Positions 11,209-23,927 of a DNA stretch of 64,000 nucleotides are shown here, piece after piece. Source of the stretch: Chiloscyllium plagiosum (Eukaryota). The notes below the pieces were generated by a model. It was not told where the DNA came from. It ran no database searches and worked only from the letters and a program-made list of their open reading frames with translations. The translations under genes and the position numbers were made by a program. The DNA lies in contig NC_057760.1 in NCBI RefSeq assembly GCF_004010195.1, positions 426,408 through 490,407 of the forward strand, written 5' to 3'. Positions within the stretch are counted from its first letter, which is position 1. The number at the start of each line of letters is the position of its first letter.

Positions 11209-12250
11209 TGGGCAGCACGGTGGCTCAGTGGTTAGTGCTGCTGCCTCACAGCATCAGAGACCAGGGATGTGCAGGTTAGGGTGGATTGACCATGCTAAAT
11301 TGTCCCGTCGTGCCCAGGGATGTGCAGGATAGGGTGGATTGGCCATGCTAAATTGTCCTGCAGTGCCCAGGGATGTGCAGGTTAGGGTGGATTGGCCGTG
11401 CTAAATTGTCCCGTAGTGCCCAGGGATGTNNNNNNNNNNNNNNNNNNNNNNNNNNNNNNNNNNNNNNNNNNNNNNNNNNNNNNNNNNNNNNNNNNNNNNN
11501 NNNNNNNNNNNNNNNNNNNNNNNNNNNNNNNNNNNNNNNNNNNNNNNNNNNNNNNNNNNNNNNNNNNNNNNNNNNNNNNNNNNNNNNNNNNNNNNNNNNN
11601 NNNNNNNNNNNNNNNNNNNNNNNNNNNNNNNNNNNNNNNNNNNNNNNNNNNNNNNNNNNNNNNNNNNNNNNNNNNNNGCAGTGCCCAGGGATGTGCAGGT
11701 TAGGGTGGATTGGCCATGCTAAATTGTCCTGCAGTGCCCAGGGATGTGCAGGTTAGGGTGGATTGGCCATGCTAAATTGTCCCATTGTGTCCAGGGATGT
11801 GCAGGTTAGGGTGGATTGGCCATGCTAAATTGTCCTGCAGTGCCCAGAGATGTGCAGGTTAGGGGGGATTGGCCATGCTAAATCATCCCGTAGTTCCCAG
11901 GGGTGTGCAGGTTAGGGTGGATTGGACGTGCTAAATTGTCGCGTCATGCCCAGGGGTGTGCAGGTTAGGGTGGATTGGACATGCTAAATTGTCCCATAGT
12001 GTCCAGGGATGTGCAGGTTAGGGCGGATTGGACGTGCTAAATTGTCCCATAGTGTCCAGGGATTTGCAGGTTTGGGTGGGTTGGACGTGCTAAATTGTCC
12101 CATAGTGCCCAGGGATGTGCAGATTAGGTGCATTACTCAAGAGTAATTGTTGGATAATAGGGTAGGGGAATGGGTCTGGGTGGGTTAGTCTTCAGAGGGT
12201 CGGTGTGGACTTGTAGGGCTGAAGGGCCTGTTTCCACACTGTAGGGAATC
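11209..12250 (+). mobile_element. HE1-like SINE with a large internal 53-bp tandem expansion (spans a 248-N gap at 11430-11677)
   Basis: SINE head at about 11209, many gatgtgcaggttagggtggattggccatgctaaattgtcc units, and a SINE tail near 12240. Confidence 0.85.
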
Positions 12251-13625
12251 TGTGATTCGACATGGTCTGCTATTGCACATCCCATCAAAAAGCGACCTGG
12301 TGCCCTTTAAGGAGGGACACAGTTGTCCGTACTTGGAGGGGCCTACACGTGACTCCAGACCTACAGCCGGGTGCTCAACTCTTAACGCTTCACAGTTAAG
12401 GCACTGGCCCAGCCAATGAGGTGAGCAGATTAAAAATACTCGTCACGGGTTCAATTCCCGCCAGGGTACCTCCCAGTATAGGATTCAAATTCACCAAATG
12501 GATCCTAGAATTGGTCTCCGTGACAACCGTCATCGATAAAGCGAAAAAAAAAACACATTGAGGCGGTGCGGGGTCACTCATGGGAGAATGGCATCTGCCA
12601 TCCTCAACCCTCGGTCTGGGGAGGCCCACACGCGACTCCAGACCCCACACACAGAGACGGGCATCAGCAAAGCCCCCTAGGGGTCAAAGGGCAACAATGC
12701 CAGCGATGCCCCACCTCCTGAAAGAATTGAGCAAAATGCCGGGGACCTGTTTACTCGAACCCAACCACGATACCAGGGTGGCGGGACGGAGGGTGGGGTT
12801 GGGGATGTTTTGGGGGAGGGGGCCGTAAAAGGGGCCTAGTTTCGATAGTTCAGACTCTGGAGATGCTTGAGTCATCTCTGAGGGACAAGATGATTATTGC
12901 CTCGCAATCTGCCGGATTCACGAGGGAGAGTGGGTCGCCGGCGTCTTTATTGGCGGGAAACCAGCCCGGAACCAGGCACTAGAGCAATTCAACCCTTCAT
13001 CTTCTCCCCCTTCTCCCACAGTTTGTGGCCTTGAAGACCAAATTGTTCAGCACAGGCCCCGACGCCACTCGGAAGCAACCGTTAGTGAATAACTTTCGAA
13101 AAGCACAGCCCCTCAACGACAGAAAGATCAGAGCTTCCTTCTCATTGGGTGAGTGATGAAATGATCCAGTAGATTTCTGACCAGATCATTGGCTTGGGTT
13201 ACTGGGTAGCACCCTCCATTGGCAGGCTGTCACAAGTCTTCAAGTGCGAGGGCAGAGGGGGCATCAGTGATGAGGGACAGGTTCTGTCGGAGGGGGATTG
13301 TCCGTGCTAAATTGTCCCATAGTGCCCAGGGATGTGCAGGTTAGGGTGGATTGGCCATGCTCAATTGTCCCATAGTGCCCAGGGATGTGCAGGTTAGGGT
13401 GGATTGGCCATGCTAAATTGTCCCGTAGTGCCCAGGGATGTGCAGGTTAGGGTGGATTGGCCATGCTAAATTGTCCTGTAGTGCCCAGGGATGTGCAGGT
13501 TAGGGTGGATTGGCCGAACCGGGGTACCGTGGGGGGGGCGGGCGGGCAACGCTCTCTCTTATTCATGAGCCTCCTGCCTCTCAGCCCCTTGGTCAGGGAG
13601 TAGGGGGCGGGGGGTTAAGACTCAC

Positions 13626-13753
13626 CAGGCCAGACATCAGCGCGTGAGACACAACGACCACGGCCAGCAGCAGCCACCTCCTCTTCTCGCAGGCGTCAAA
13701 GAACACGACCCCCCAGGACGTGTGCAAGAGAACCACGGCCGAGGTCACGAAAG
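13626..13753 (-). CDS. APH1A: APH1A exon 5 (128 nt; AFVTSAVVLLHTSWGVVFFDACEKRRWLLLAVVVVSHALMSGL)
   Basis: cacag| acceptor and |gtgagt donor; contains the conserved LLHTxWGVVFFDAC motif and both conserved His residues. Confidence 0.95.
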
Positions 13754-14986
13754 CTGTGCAGAGACAGGAATCACCTGGGTGACAGAGCCTGCACACACAC
13801 GCATGCGTGTCAGAGAGCTCGTGCGCGGCAGTCACTTAAACCGACAAGAAGCGGATTCCCCTTCCATTCAACCTTCTTGGGGCTTAGCTTTAAGAGACCT
13901 GGAGACTGCAGCGCAAAAAACTTAGAACCTCTTCTCTTCTGTGATTCACTCTTGGAACGAGGAGGGTCAGCTCCATCCATCGCTCACTGTCCCCACAGGA
14001 CTGGGAAGAGGAGGCAGATGGAGTGCTGGCCGTTATGTCCAAGGGAATGGGGTTTTGCTAAAACTCGACAAGGCACGAGTTAGACCACAGCTGCAATTCT
14101 GTCGATAGCCTGGCACCCCCCCCCCCTCCACCCCAACCCTGTATCCAAGGAGAGCTAGACTGGGCCTTGGAGCCAGTCCAGAGAAGGCTCACTCAGCTGA
14201 CCCTGGGGATGGAGAGACTCCCTGTGAGGAGAGGTCGGGTAGGTTTGGGGCTTGTCTTTCTTGGAGTTTAGAAGAACAGGCTATCTGAGTGAAACACACA
14301 AGATTCTTCAGGGAATATTAACAGGGGAGGTGTGGGGAGATGGATTCCTCCCGTGTGGGAGAGTCAAGGACCACACAGGTCTGCAACACGGAAACAGGCC
14401 CTTTGGCCCAGTTTTCACAATTAATCTAGCCCTATTTGCCTCCAATTTGGTCCCTATCCCATCCACGTGCCTGAGTAAGGTGTTACTAAACTAACAAAAT
14501 TGTACTCACTTCCACCACGACCTCTGGCAGCCCGTCCCAGACACACCGCCCTCTGTGTGAGAAAACCTGCGCCTCTGCACCCTCTCCCCTCATAAAATCT
14601 ATGCCCTCTAGTCTTCGACTCCCCGACCCTGGGGAAAAGCTGTGGGCTTATCGCTGCCTCTCACAAACTTACAAACCTGTCAGGTCACCCCCTCAGTTTC
14701 CGACGCTACAGGGAGAACTAAATGTCCCAGTCTCTCCTTATGGCTCAAACCTTCCTGTCCACGTAGCATCCTTAATAATAGAGGGCGTCATCTCAGAATA
14801 TGGGGTCGCTGAAGACGGAGATAGGGAGGAATCTTTATCACTCCAAGGAGAGAGAGTGAGAGTGAGTGAGAGAGGTCGGGGCTGGCTCATTCAGCACACT
14901 CAAGACTAAGGTGGATCTTTAAAATCTGTGATCACATGACATTTGGTAACGATGCAAAGGCCTGGCCCCTCATTTCGCCAACTGAC

Positions 14987-15109
14987 CTGAGGTAAGGAAG
15001 AAGTAGGGAGAGTCTCCGTGAATGCCCACCGCGCCTGGCCCCAGCGAGTCCGACAGTACATTGATGACAGAGAAGGCACCACTGGCAACGCCGAAGGCTA
15101 GACCCGAAA
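14987..15109 (-). CDS. APH1A: APH1A exon 4 (123 nt; VSGLAFGVASGAFSVINVLSDSLGPGAVGIHGDSPYFFLTS)
   Basis: ctcacag| acceptor and |gtcagt donor; contains the GxxxGxxxG TM4 motif and GPGxVGIHGDS. Confidence 0.95.
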
Positions 15110-15747
15110 CTGTGAGGGAAGAGACAGGCAGCGTGAGGGGAGGAATCGAAAGGACGTTCAGCAAACTCTATTCTCCTCCCCAGACGGGTAACGGAGAAGA
15201 ATTGGCCGAACCTCGCCAGCTCGTTTTAAATTGGACGCAAAACGCTGCGGATATCAAAAACAAACAAATGCAGGAGGTCTGGACGTGTTTGGGGAGAGAC
15301 AGAGAGAGAGAGAGAAAGAGCGCGCAGGCGTGAGAGGGAGGGGGAAGAGGACGTGAGAGGGAAAGGGCACGGGCGCGAGAGAAAGGGCGCGACAGAGAGA
15401 GAGAAAGAGTGAGAGCGCGCGAGAAAGCGAGAGTGAGAGCAAGACAGGACTGGAGGAGCAGCTCCTCACCGTTCCCTTTCACTCCACTTCTGGCAGCGAG
15501 CACAATCAGATCGATCAGAAACTTGTGGCCAAGCACATACAAAGGGCCCAATGGCCTACTCCTAATTCATACATGCGTTTTGGGTTGGGGGAGGCGGGGG
15601 GGGTGAAGGTGATCGATTCTCTCAATAGCCCAGTGCATATTGAGCAATCGGTATCAAATTCGCGATTGGACGGGACAACGGTGCCAGGAAGGGGAAAGGT
15701 TTGCCCGACGGAACATCCACGTGGCGGGCTGAAGCCGGTTCTTTTAC

Positions 15748-15821
15748 CATACGCCATCTGCCCGATGGAGATGGGCGACCTCCCATCTTCGCTTATCGCC
15801 GCGAGGCCCTGGTCAGCTTTC
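15748..15821 (-). CDS. APH1A: APH1A exon 3 (74 nt; KADQGLAAISEDGRSPISIGQMAY)
   Basis: cgcag| acceptor and |gtaaaa donor; phases are compatible with the flanking exons. Confidence 0.95.
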
Positions 15822-17083
15822 CTGCGGGTGGGACAGAGATATACAAAGGTCACAGGGGTCGCTGGGTACCACAGCTGACACATAATCCCGCACGCGGTCA
15901 GTCGGGCTCTGGACAGGGAACAGGAAGACCATGAAACCCTTGGGATTCCTCCCAGCTGCACTCACCCAGTTATCCTTACCAATAACACGCCTTCTGAAAC
16001 AACACAGTCAGACAACATGGAAACAGACCCTTCGGTCCAACTCGTCCATGCTAAATGGACATCCTAAATTCAGCTTGTTTCATTTGGCCAGCATTTGGCC
16101 CGTACCCCAGTCCCGATGAAAGGTCCTGCCTGAAATGTTCTCTCTCCTGAATTTGTGATGCTGCTTCATCTGTTGTGCTTTTTCCAGCTCCATATTCTAT
16201 CGACTCTGACTTTCCACCATTTGCAATCCTCACGATCTCCATATCCCTCCAAACCCTTCCTGTTCATGTCCCCCATCCAGATGCCTTTTAAATGGTGTCA
16301 TTGTACCAGCCTCCACCACCTCCTCTGGCAGCTCGTTCCATACACGTACCACCCTTTGCGTGAAAAAGCTGGAGAAAGTCTTTTTCTGCAGGGTAGGGGA
16401 GCCCAAGTCTAGAGGGCACAGATTTAGCGTGAGAGGGGAAAGATTTGAAAGGGACCCAAGGGGCAACGTTTTTCACCCAGAGGGTGGTGCGTGTGTAGAA
16501 TGAACTGCCAGAGGAAGTGGTGGAGGTTGGTACAATTTAAAAGACATCGTGATGGAGACATGAATAGGAAGGGTTTAGAGGGATGTGGGCCAAGTGCTGG
16601 CAAATGGGATGAGATTAGGTTGGGATATCTGGTTGGCATGGTCGAGTTGGACCGAAGGGTTTTGTTTCCGTGCTGCACATCTCTATGACTCTATGTTGGC
16701 GGCAATATTGATCAGGACGACAGAGACACACACACAGACTCTGGATGGTCCTGGCTCCCCCAGTGGAAGTGCATTTGTGTTGTTCTGTAGCGCACAGAAA
16801 GACCATGGGTGTACATGGCGGACAGTAAAGTCAGTTGCACTGCGTGGGGGTGGGGGTGAAACAGAGGATATGCATTGGACAACAATAATGGAGGGGGAAA
16901 CCTGCATTTACATTCATCAGACCTCAACCCCAGCACCCTCAGCTCATCCTATCCTGCACAGACAGACACACAGACAGGCTCCCTCTATTCCCGATCTACA
17001 GGATCTTTCACACACGGTGACAGTGAAGTCAGCCCGGATGGTTTCCCAGGGAGCGACGTGTCCTCTCTGGCCAGCGAGCTTAC

Positions 17084-17254
17084 TTGAGCAGCTTGTAGTA
17101 TGCGAACCGAAAGGCCTCTTGAAGCAAGACGGAGATCCCGGCTCCCATCATCAGCAGGCCGTGCTGAAGCCCAGCGTTCTCCTTGTTGCTGAGCTGTACT
17201 GCCACAAACCACAGCAGCGAGGAGAGGAGCAGTGATACCAGCCAGAAGAACGAG
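17084..17254 (-). CDS. APH1A: APH1A exon 2 (171 nt; SFFWLVSLLLSSLLWF...VLLQEAFRFAYYKLLK)
   Basis: ccacag| acceptor and AA|gtaagc donor; APH1 TM2-TM3 similarity. Confidence 0.95.
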
Positions 17255-18743
17255 CTGTGGGAGAGGGTTAGAAAGCGGTCACCGTTAGTCCAACACACGG
17301 CCACAGAAAGCCGTGCACACTCGCTACGCCGAGAGCTCTCTCGAGTTAAGAGAATGCCGAATTCAAAATATGTTCGGACATGGTCCCTGCCCCGATCGGC
17401 GACCCACATTTTAAAAAGTGCAGGCGCTTCCCAATGGATTAGAAAGCAGCTCAGGGCAGATTGCAATTTGAACAGCATTGTCGGGGAGCTCTGATTGTAG
17501 TGCCCTCACACTCCGACAGTGCCTTTCTTAACCCCAGTGCCCCCCTCCCAAAGCGCCTGGAGGCCAAAGAGCTACTTCTGAAGGGCAATGCAGGAAATAC
17601 AGCAGCCCATTTGTGCAAAGCCAGATCCCACAAAGACGCAAACCACCTGCTGTCGCAGAGACGTTGGTCGAGGGGTAAATAGTGGTCCCTGGCGCACTGG
17701 GAGAAATGTCGCCCCCCCACTGTGTTTCCACTGGAGGCTCTGTGAGCTTTAACCTCCATGCAAGCATTGGCCTTGGTTTAAGATGTTGGTCACAAAAACA
17801 TCCCCCCCCCCCCGGGTAGCTGCCCGCCCCCGCACTGGGAGCATCAGCCCAGACACTCGATCAAAAAAAAATCAAACCCCATAACATTCTGACTCAAAGG
17901 GCTCATCCCTCACAGCGAGTCGGTAGGTGGAAACGTACGCCAAGAAAATAAAAATCCTCAGTATTTTTTAAAATTTACAATTATTATTGTATAATTCTTG
18001 AAAATGTGTGTCACGTATAGACAGGAGGGTTAAGGAGGCATATAGCAGGCATGCCTTCATTGCTCAGACCTTCGAGTACAGGAGTTGGGGTTGTACAGGA
18101 TGTTGGCGAGGCCTCGTCTGGAGTAGCGTGCACAGCTCTGGCCGTGCTATTATAGGGAGGGTATTATTAAACTGGAGAGGGTTCAGAAGAGATTTACCAA
18201 GATGTTGCAGGGAGTAGAGGGTTTGAACTACAAGGACAGGCTGCGACGTCTTTCACTGGTGCATTAGAGGGTGAGGGGTGACCTTATAGAGGTTTATAAA
18301 ATCACGACGGGCATGGATAAGATGAATGGTGAGTGTCGATTCCCTAGGGCAGGGGATTTCAAGACTGCGGGCACATTCGTAAAGTGAGAGGAGAGAGATT
18401 TAAAAAAAGACACAGGGGAAAATTATTTTTAAAAAAAAAACACAGAGGGTGGTTCATGTGTAGAATGACCTTCCTGAGGAAGTGGAGGATGTGGGTACAC
18501 TGACAACATTTAAAAGACATTTGGATAAGTACATGAATAGGAAAGGTTTGGAGGGATATGGGCCAGGTGCAGGCAGGTGGGACTGGTTTAGTTTGGGGAT
18601 TATGGTCACATGGACCTACTGAAACTGTGCTGTATGACCCGATGACATTGTCCTCCCTTCAAGGCCAAATATATTCTTCCTGAGATATGATGCCCAGATC
18701 TCCTTACCAAGTAACAAGTCAAACCAGGGTTTTATATACCTGC

Positions 18744-18855
18744 GAGGAGAAAGTGAGGACTGCAGATGCTGGAGGGCTTATGCCCGAAACGTCGATTCTC
18801 CTGTTCCCTGGATGCTGCCTGACCTGCTGCGCTTCTCCAGCAACACATTTTCAGC
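18744..18855. mobile_element. Short inverted Penelope-like pLTR fragment with a 14-bp TSD
   Basis: ttttatatacctgc at 18730-18743 and 18856-18869; partial hammerhead gggcttatgcccgaaacgtc. Confidence 0.75.
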
Positions 18856-20930
18856 TTTTATATACCTGCAGCAGAACTTCTGCGCCCTTATACTCCAATC
18901 CTCTAGATTAATAGGCCAGCCTTCCATTAGCCAGAAGGATTATTTTCTGCATCTGTCTGTGGCGTTTCTAAGATTTGTGCACCTGAGCTCCCAGGTCTCT
19001 TTGGGTACCCACTGTACTGAACTTCACACCATCTGGAGATTATCGGGGGGTTTTTTTCTGAATTTCTGATACGGAAGTGACGACACTATGCTTCGAACAC
19101 AGAGGTGCGCGCTATCCACTGTTGTTGCGCAGAAACCTTTCCAGAAAGGCAAAGAAGTGGTCGATTTGACGTTACTCTGGTTTCCATTTCTTGACCTTTA
19201 CCTCTATGTGGTCCGTACCCCTCTACTCCCGGCTTATTCATGTATCTGTCATGTCTCTGAAAAGTTGCCATTGTATCTGTCTCCCTCTGGCAGCGTATTC
19301 CATTCACTTACCACCCTCCATGTAGGACAACTTACCTCTCACATCTCCTTTAAACTTTCCCGCCTTTTACCTTAAATCTGTGTCTCCTACTCGTTGACGT
19401 TTTTACCCTGGGGGTTAAAAAAAAACACTGTCTGTCCATCCTATTCACGTCTGAACCACTGGATTACTCGTCCCTCGGCATTACCTCATCTTTCACTGCA
19501 CAAAAAACCGAGAAACAGCCTACAGCATCAGGCGCTACAGGCCCTGACAGTATTCAGACAATAATACTGAATAGGTTGGGACTATTTTGCCTGGAACGTC
19601 AGAAGCCAAGGGCTTATGCAGATGTTTATGAGGAACATGGATGGAGTGAACAGCCAAAGTCTTTTTCCCAGGGTAGGGGAGTCCAAAACTAGAGGGGCAC
19701 AGGGGTAAGGTGAGAGGGGAAAGATTTAAAAGGGACTTAAGGGACAGTTTTTTTTCCCCACGCAGAGGGTGGTGCGTGTATGGAATGAGCTGCCAGAAGA
19801 AGTGGTGGAGGCTGTTACAATGACAACATTTAAGAGGCATTTGGATGGGTATATGAATAGGAAGGGTTTGGAGGGATATGGGTCAGGTGCTGGCAGGTGG
19901 GACTAGATGGGGTTGGAATAGCTGGTCGGCATGGACGGGTTGGACCGAAGGGTCTGTTTCCGTGCTGTACGTCTCTATGACTCTATGGTTGGCATGAACG
20001 AGCTGGACCGAAGGGACTGTTTCTGTGGTGTATATCTCTGTTACTCGACTGATGACCAGTGTCCTAGACAAGTTGTCCCAGTGCAGCTACAATCCTGGCA
20101 TTTAATACTTGGATCAGCAGCTCAATATAAGCTGGTCTGAAAGTTATGGTATAGCCTGATCTCCTGATTTTGGAGCACTCGAATACCTGCCCTCAAATGC
20201 CCAGCTGCGTCCCCTCAGCTCCTCTGGTACACGGCAGCATCTCATCTTGTTAATAGGGTCCAATCCCAGCACATCAGACAAAGCCAAACAGCACAGAAAT
20301 GGAGACAACCAGTCCACACAGACCAGTTTAATGATATCCTCCCTCTAGCAGGGCGACCAGAACTGGATACTACACTGCAGAAGAAATCTCATACATCCAC
20401 AATATGACATCTCACCTGTCATACTCAAAAGGTCTGAGGAATAAAGGCAAGCTTGCTAAACGCCTTCCCAGCCACCATACAGTATGTGATGCAAACTTCA
20501 AAGAATTACATTCTAGATTTAGCTCGAAGCTGGGGTGGGGCAGGGGAGGGTCAAACAGAGTGCAAATGCATGACACAGCCATCACCTTACTGATGAGCAG
20601 CGAAGTCTCGATGGGCCAGATAGCTTATTTCTCATGTTCTTACCACAGAGCAATTGGCGAGGCCTTAACGCAAGGTAAACATGCCGCAGGTGAGGTGGCA
20701 AAGGTTGAGAAGGAAGGCACCTTCACAGCAGCCTCAGCCAACACAAGAGGCCGAGCCACTCTGCTGGCATTGCTCAGGCAAACAAACATTCAGACACTAG
20801 AGTGGAAATCGCTGACAGAAAAACCTCAGCAGGGCTGGCTGCAGCTGCAGGCAGAAATCACAGTCAATATTTCAGATCCAGTCACTCTTCCTCAGAACAA
20901 GTAATCAGGTGGGCCACAATCACACCGAAT

Positions 20931-21532
20931 AATTTCCCACAGCCAATCCACCCTAACCTGCACATCCCTGGGCACTATGGGACAATTTAGCATGGCCATT
21001 CCACCCTAACCTGCACATCCCTGGGCACTATGAGACAATTTAGCATGGCCAATCCACCCTAACCTGCACATCCCTGGGCACTAGGAGACAATTTAGCATG
21101 GCCATTTCACCCTAACCTGCACATCCCTGGGCACTAGGAGACAATTTAGCATGGCCATTCCATCCTAACCTACACACCCTGGGCACTATGAGACAATTTA
21201 GCATGGCCAATCCACCCTAACCTGCACATCCCTGGGCACTAGGAGACAATTTAGCATGGCCATTTCACCCTAACCTGCACATCCCTGGGCACTAGGAGAC
21301 AATTTAGCATGGCCATTCCATCCTAACCTACACACCCCTGGGCACTATGAGACAATTTAGCACGGCCATTCCACCCTAACCTGCACANNCACACCCCTGG
21401 GCACTATGAGACAATTTAGCATGGCCATTCCACCCTAACCTGCACACCCCTGGGCACTATGAGACAATTTAGCATGGCCAATCCACCCTAACCTGCACAT
21501 CCCTGGACACTACGGTGCAATTTAGCATGGCC
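20931..21532 (-). repeat. SINE-derived 53-bp minisatellite, about 11 copies
   Basis: The unit ccaccctaacctgcacatccctgggcactatgagacaatttagcatggcca is repeated. Confidence 0.9.
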
Positions 21533-21817
21533 AGGGATGTGCAGGCTAGGTGAGTTAGCCATGGAAAATGCATGGTTACGGGGGATGCTCTTTGGAGGGT
21601 CAGGGTAGACTCAATGGGCTTCCATACTTGGGAATTGTATGAATGTCCTCATCTTCTGTGGTCTTACAGGAGTAACCAACCCCCCGCCACAAAAAAAAAG
21701 ACATCATGACCCCACGGTACAGACGGTTTCAAAAATAAAGCAGGGAACGTAGCGGTTGTCTGTTCAGCCTACTGCAGTTGAAAAGCCCCTTGAGTACAAT
21801 TGACCAGGCTCATGGGA

Positions 21818-22038
21818 GGAGAAAGTGAGGACTGCAGATGCTGGAGATCAGAGCTGAAAATGTGTTGCTGGAAAAGCGCAGCAGGTCAGGCAGCATCCAA
21901 GGAGCAGGCGAATCGACGTTTCGGGCATGAGCCCTTCTTCAGCGGCTCATGAAGAAGGGCGCATGCCCGAAACTTAGATTCTCCTGCTCCCTGGATGCTG
22001 CCTGACCTGCTGCGCTTTTCCAGCAACACATTTTCAGC
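21818..22038. mobile_element. Fold-back Penelope-like mini-element with hammerhead motif and a 14-bp TSD
   Basis: 89-bp inverted arms at 21853-21941 and 21950-22038; TSD ccaggctcatggga at 21804-21817 and 22039-22052. Confidence 0.8.
21915..21942 (-). ncRNA. Minimal hammerhead ribozyme motif (CUGAAGA-A-GGGC-UCAU-GCCC-GAAA-C-GUC)
   Basis: Intact CUGANGA and GAAA boxes, 4-bp helix II, palindromic ACGT in place of helix III, GUC triplet. Confidence 0.65.
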
Positions 22039-22714
22039 CCAGGCTCATGGGACTAACCAATGCCCCATCACGGAGCAGAATCACCCCGATGTGGACGGGG
22101 ACAGGATCGTCTGGAGGCTGCTGTCCATGCGATTTTCCTGCACCTCGGATGCTGTGCTTTTCCAGCGCCACACTCCCGACCGCTGTCCGCACAGCCTACT
22201 ACAGTCGAACAGCCCGTGGGGCACAACCGCCCGGGCGTACTGGATCCAGGAAGGGCATCAGGGCACCGCAGAGCTGAGGGTCTCACAAGGTAAAGCACGG
22301 GGTGGCATTGAGACTGCTATCCATCCAGCCTCCTGCAGTCGAATAGCCCAGTCAGACGTGATCTGGTGGGGCAGATTATAAATACTAGGGTCGGTGCTGG
22401 GGTTCGGGGAAAGGTGGGTAACCACCTTTTAAAACAAAAAGGAGAGAAGAAAAAAAAAAGTGATGACAGAGGATTGGACAGAAATGTTTTTTTTTGTCGG
22501 CCAAACACATGCCCCGCCCCCCATCCACGGGCGACGTTCCCTTTAAATCCTGGGGCAACGGCTCGCGGTGACTTTAATGATTGACAGCGGCGGCGGATGC
22601 GGGCGGTGCCGGTGAAGCGGGAGTGCGGTCGGGCAGGTTTAGTTTTTAAATTTTATAAACGAACGGAGGGTTTTGTTTTCCTCCTTTTTTATTTTTTTTA
22701 AAAAGAAAACTCAC

Positions 22715-22827
22715 CCGGCGACCAGGATGATCACCCGCAGCGGCTCACCGGCCACGGTGAACAGCAGCAGCGCGAACGCCGGCCCGAAGGCGATGAAGGC
22801 GCAGCCGAAGAAGACCGCCGCGCTCAT
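22715..22827 (-). CDS. APH1A: APH1A exon 1 coding part, proximal copy (MSAAVFFGCAFIAFGPAFALLLFTVAGEPLRVIILVAG)
   Basis: gccATG at 22827 and GG|gtgagt donor; 113 nt. The seven exons sum to 798 nt, i.e. 265 aa plus stop. Confidence 0.93.
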
Positions 22828-23511
22828 GGCGGGGAGGAGGGGCGAGGCGACCGCCTCAGGCCTTAAACCCGGTTTAAAAGTCCCACCGCCATCGGCCAGC
22901 CCTCCTCCTGCATCCCCCGCCCTTTTCCGACACTCCCGAGGGGCCGCCGCTGAGGGGAGGTCGCAGGCCCAACGGCCTGTCGCGGCGGGGGCACGCCGCG
23001 GCCAATCGGCGTCGGGCCAGGGGGTGGGGCCGCGGGGGGGGTTTGACGGGCGGTACGGCCAATCGGCTGTCGTGGCTGGGCGGGCGAAATGCTGATCGAC
23101 GGGCGGCTCGGCCATTCGGATTTATGTCCCCGACGGCCGGGCCGGTCGACGTCATGGGGAGGCGGGCCGCAGGGTGATCGACGGGTCGCCCCTCCAGTAG
23201 GAGTTTGACAGCCCGTCCGCATCGAGGACAGGCGGGTCGGGAGTTGATTGACGGAAGACTCGGCCAGTCGGATGTCGACAGCCGTTTTCTGCGTAGCCAG
23301 GGCGAGAATTGATTGACGTGCCAGTCGGATGTTGACGCTTCTTGACCGACTTGCCACACTACGTCGAGGGTTTGGTGGCTGATTGACAGGCCGCTCCACC
23401 AATTGGATATCACCACTCCCTTGAAGGCCTGACCACCTGATTGACAGGCCGCTCGACCACTGGGATGTCTGTATTCCAGTTGGTTTGCCCATCGGTGGGG
23501 CGGATGAAGAG

Positions 23512-23660
23512 GTAAAAACAATGACTGCAGATGCTGGAAACCAGATTCTGGATTAGTGGTGCTGGAAGAGCACAGCAATTCAGGCAGCATTCGAGGACAG
23601 GCAAAATTGACGTTTTGGGCAAAAGCCCTTCATCAGGAATAAAGGCAGAGAGCCTGAAGC
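23512..23660. mobile_element. Penelope-like terminal fragment between the two APH1A exon-1 copies
   Basis: Starts gtaaaaacaatgactgcagatgctgg, the same terminus as the copy at 53386-53474. A degenerate hammerhead lies on - at about 23609-23636. Confidence 0.75.
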
Positions 23661-23814
23661 GCTCGCGGTGACTTTAATGATTGACAGCGGCGGCGGATGC
23701 GGGCGGTGCCGGTGAAGCGGGAGTGCGGTCGGGCAGGTTTAGTTTTTAAATTTTATAAACGAACGGAGGGTTTTGTTTTCCTCCTTTTTTATTTTTTTTA
23801 AAAAGAAAACTCAC

Positions 23815-23927
23815 CCGGCGACCAGGATGATCACCCGCAGCGGCTCACCGGCCACGGTGAACAGCAGCAGCGCGAACGCCGGCCCGAAGGCGATGAAGGC
23901 GCAGCCGAAGAAGACCGCCGCGCTCAT
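23815..23927 (-). CDS. APH1A: APH1A exon 1 coding part, distal identical duplicate
   Basis: Exact copy of 22715-22827, offset by 1100 nt, with an intact ATG and donor. Confidence 0.8.

Noticed and set aside
17590..17860. Possible ancient Deu-domain SINE remnant (also about 57525-57680)
   Set aside because: The similarity is from memory only and too degenerate to support without a profile search.
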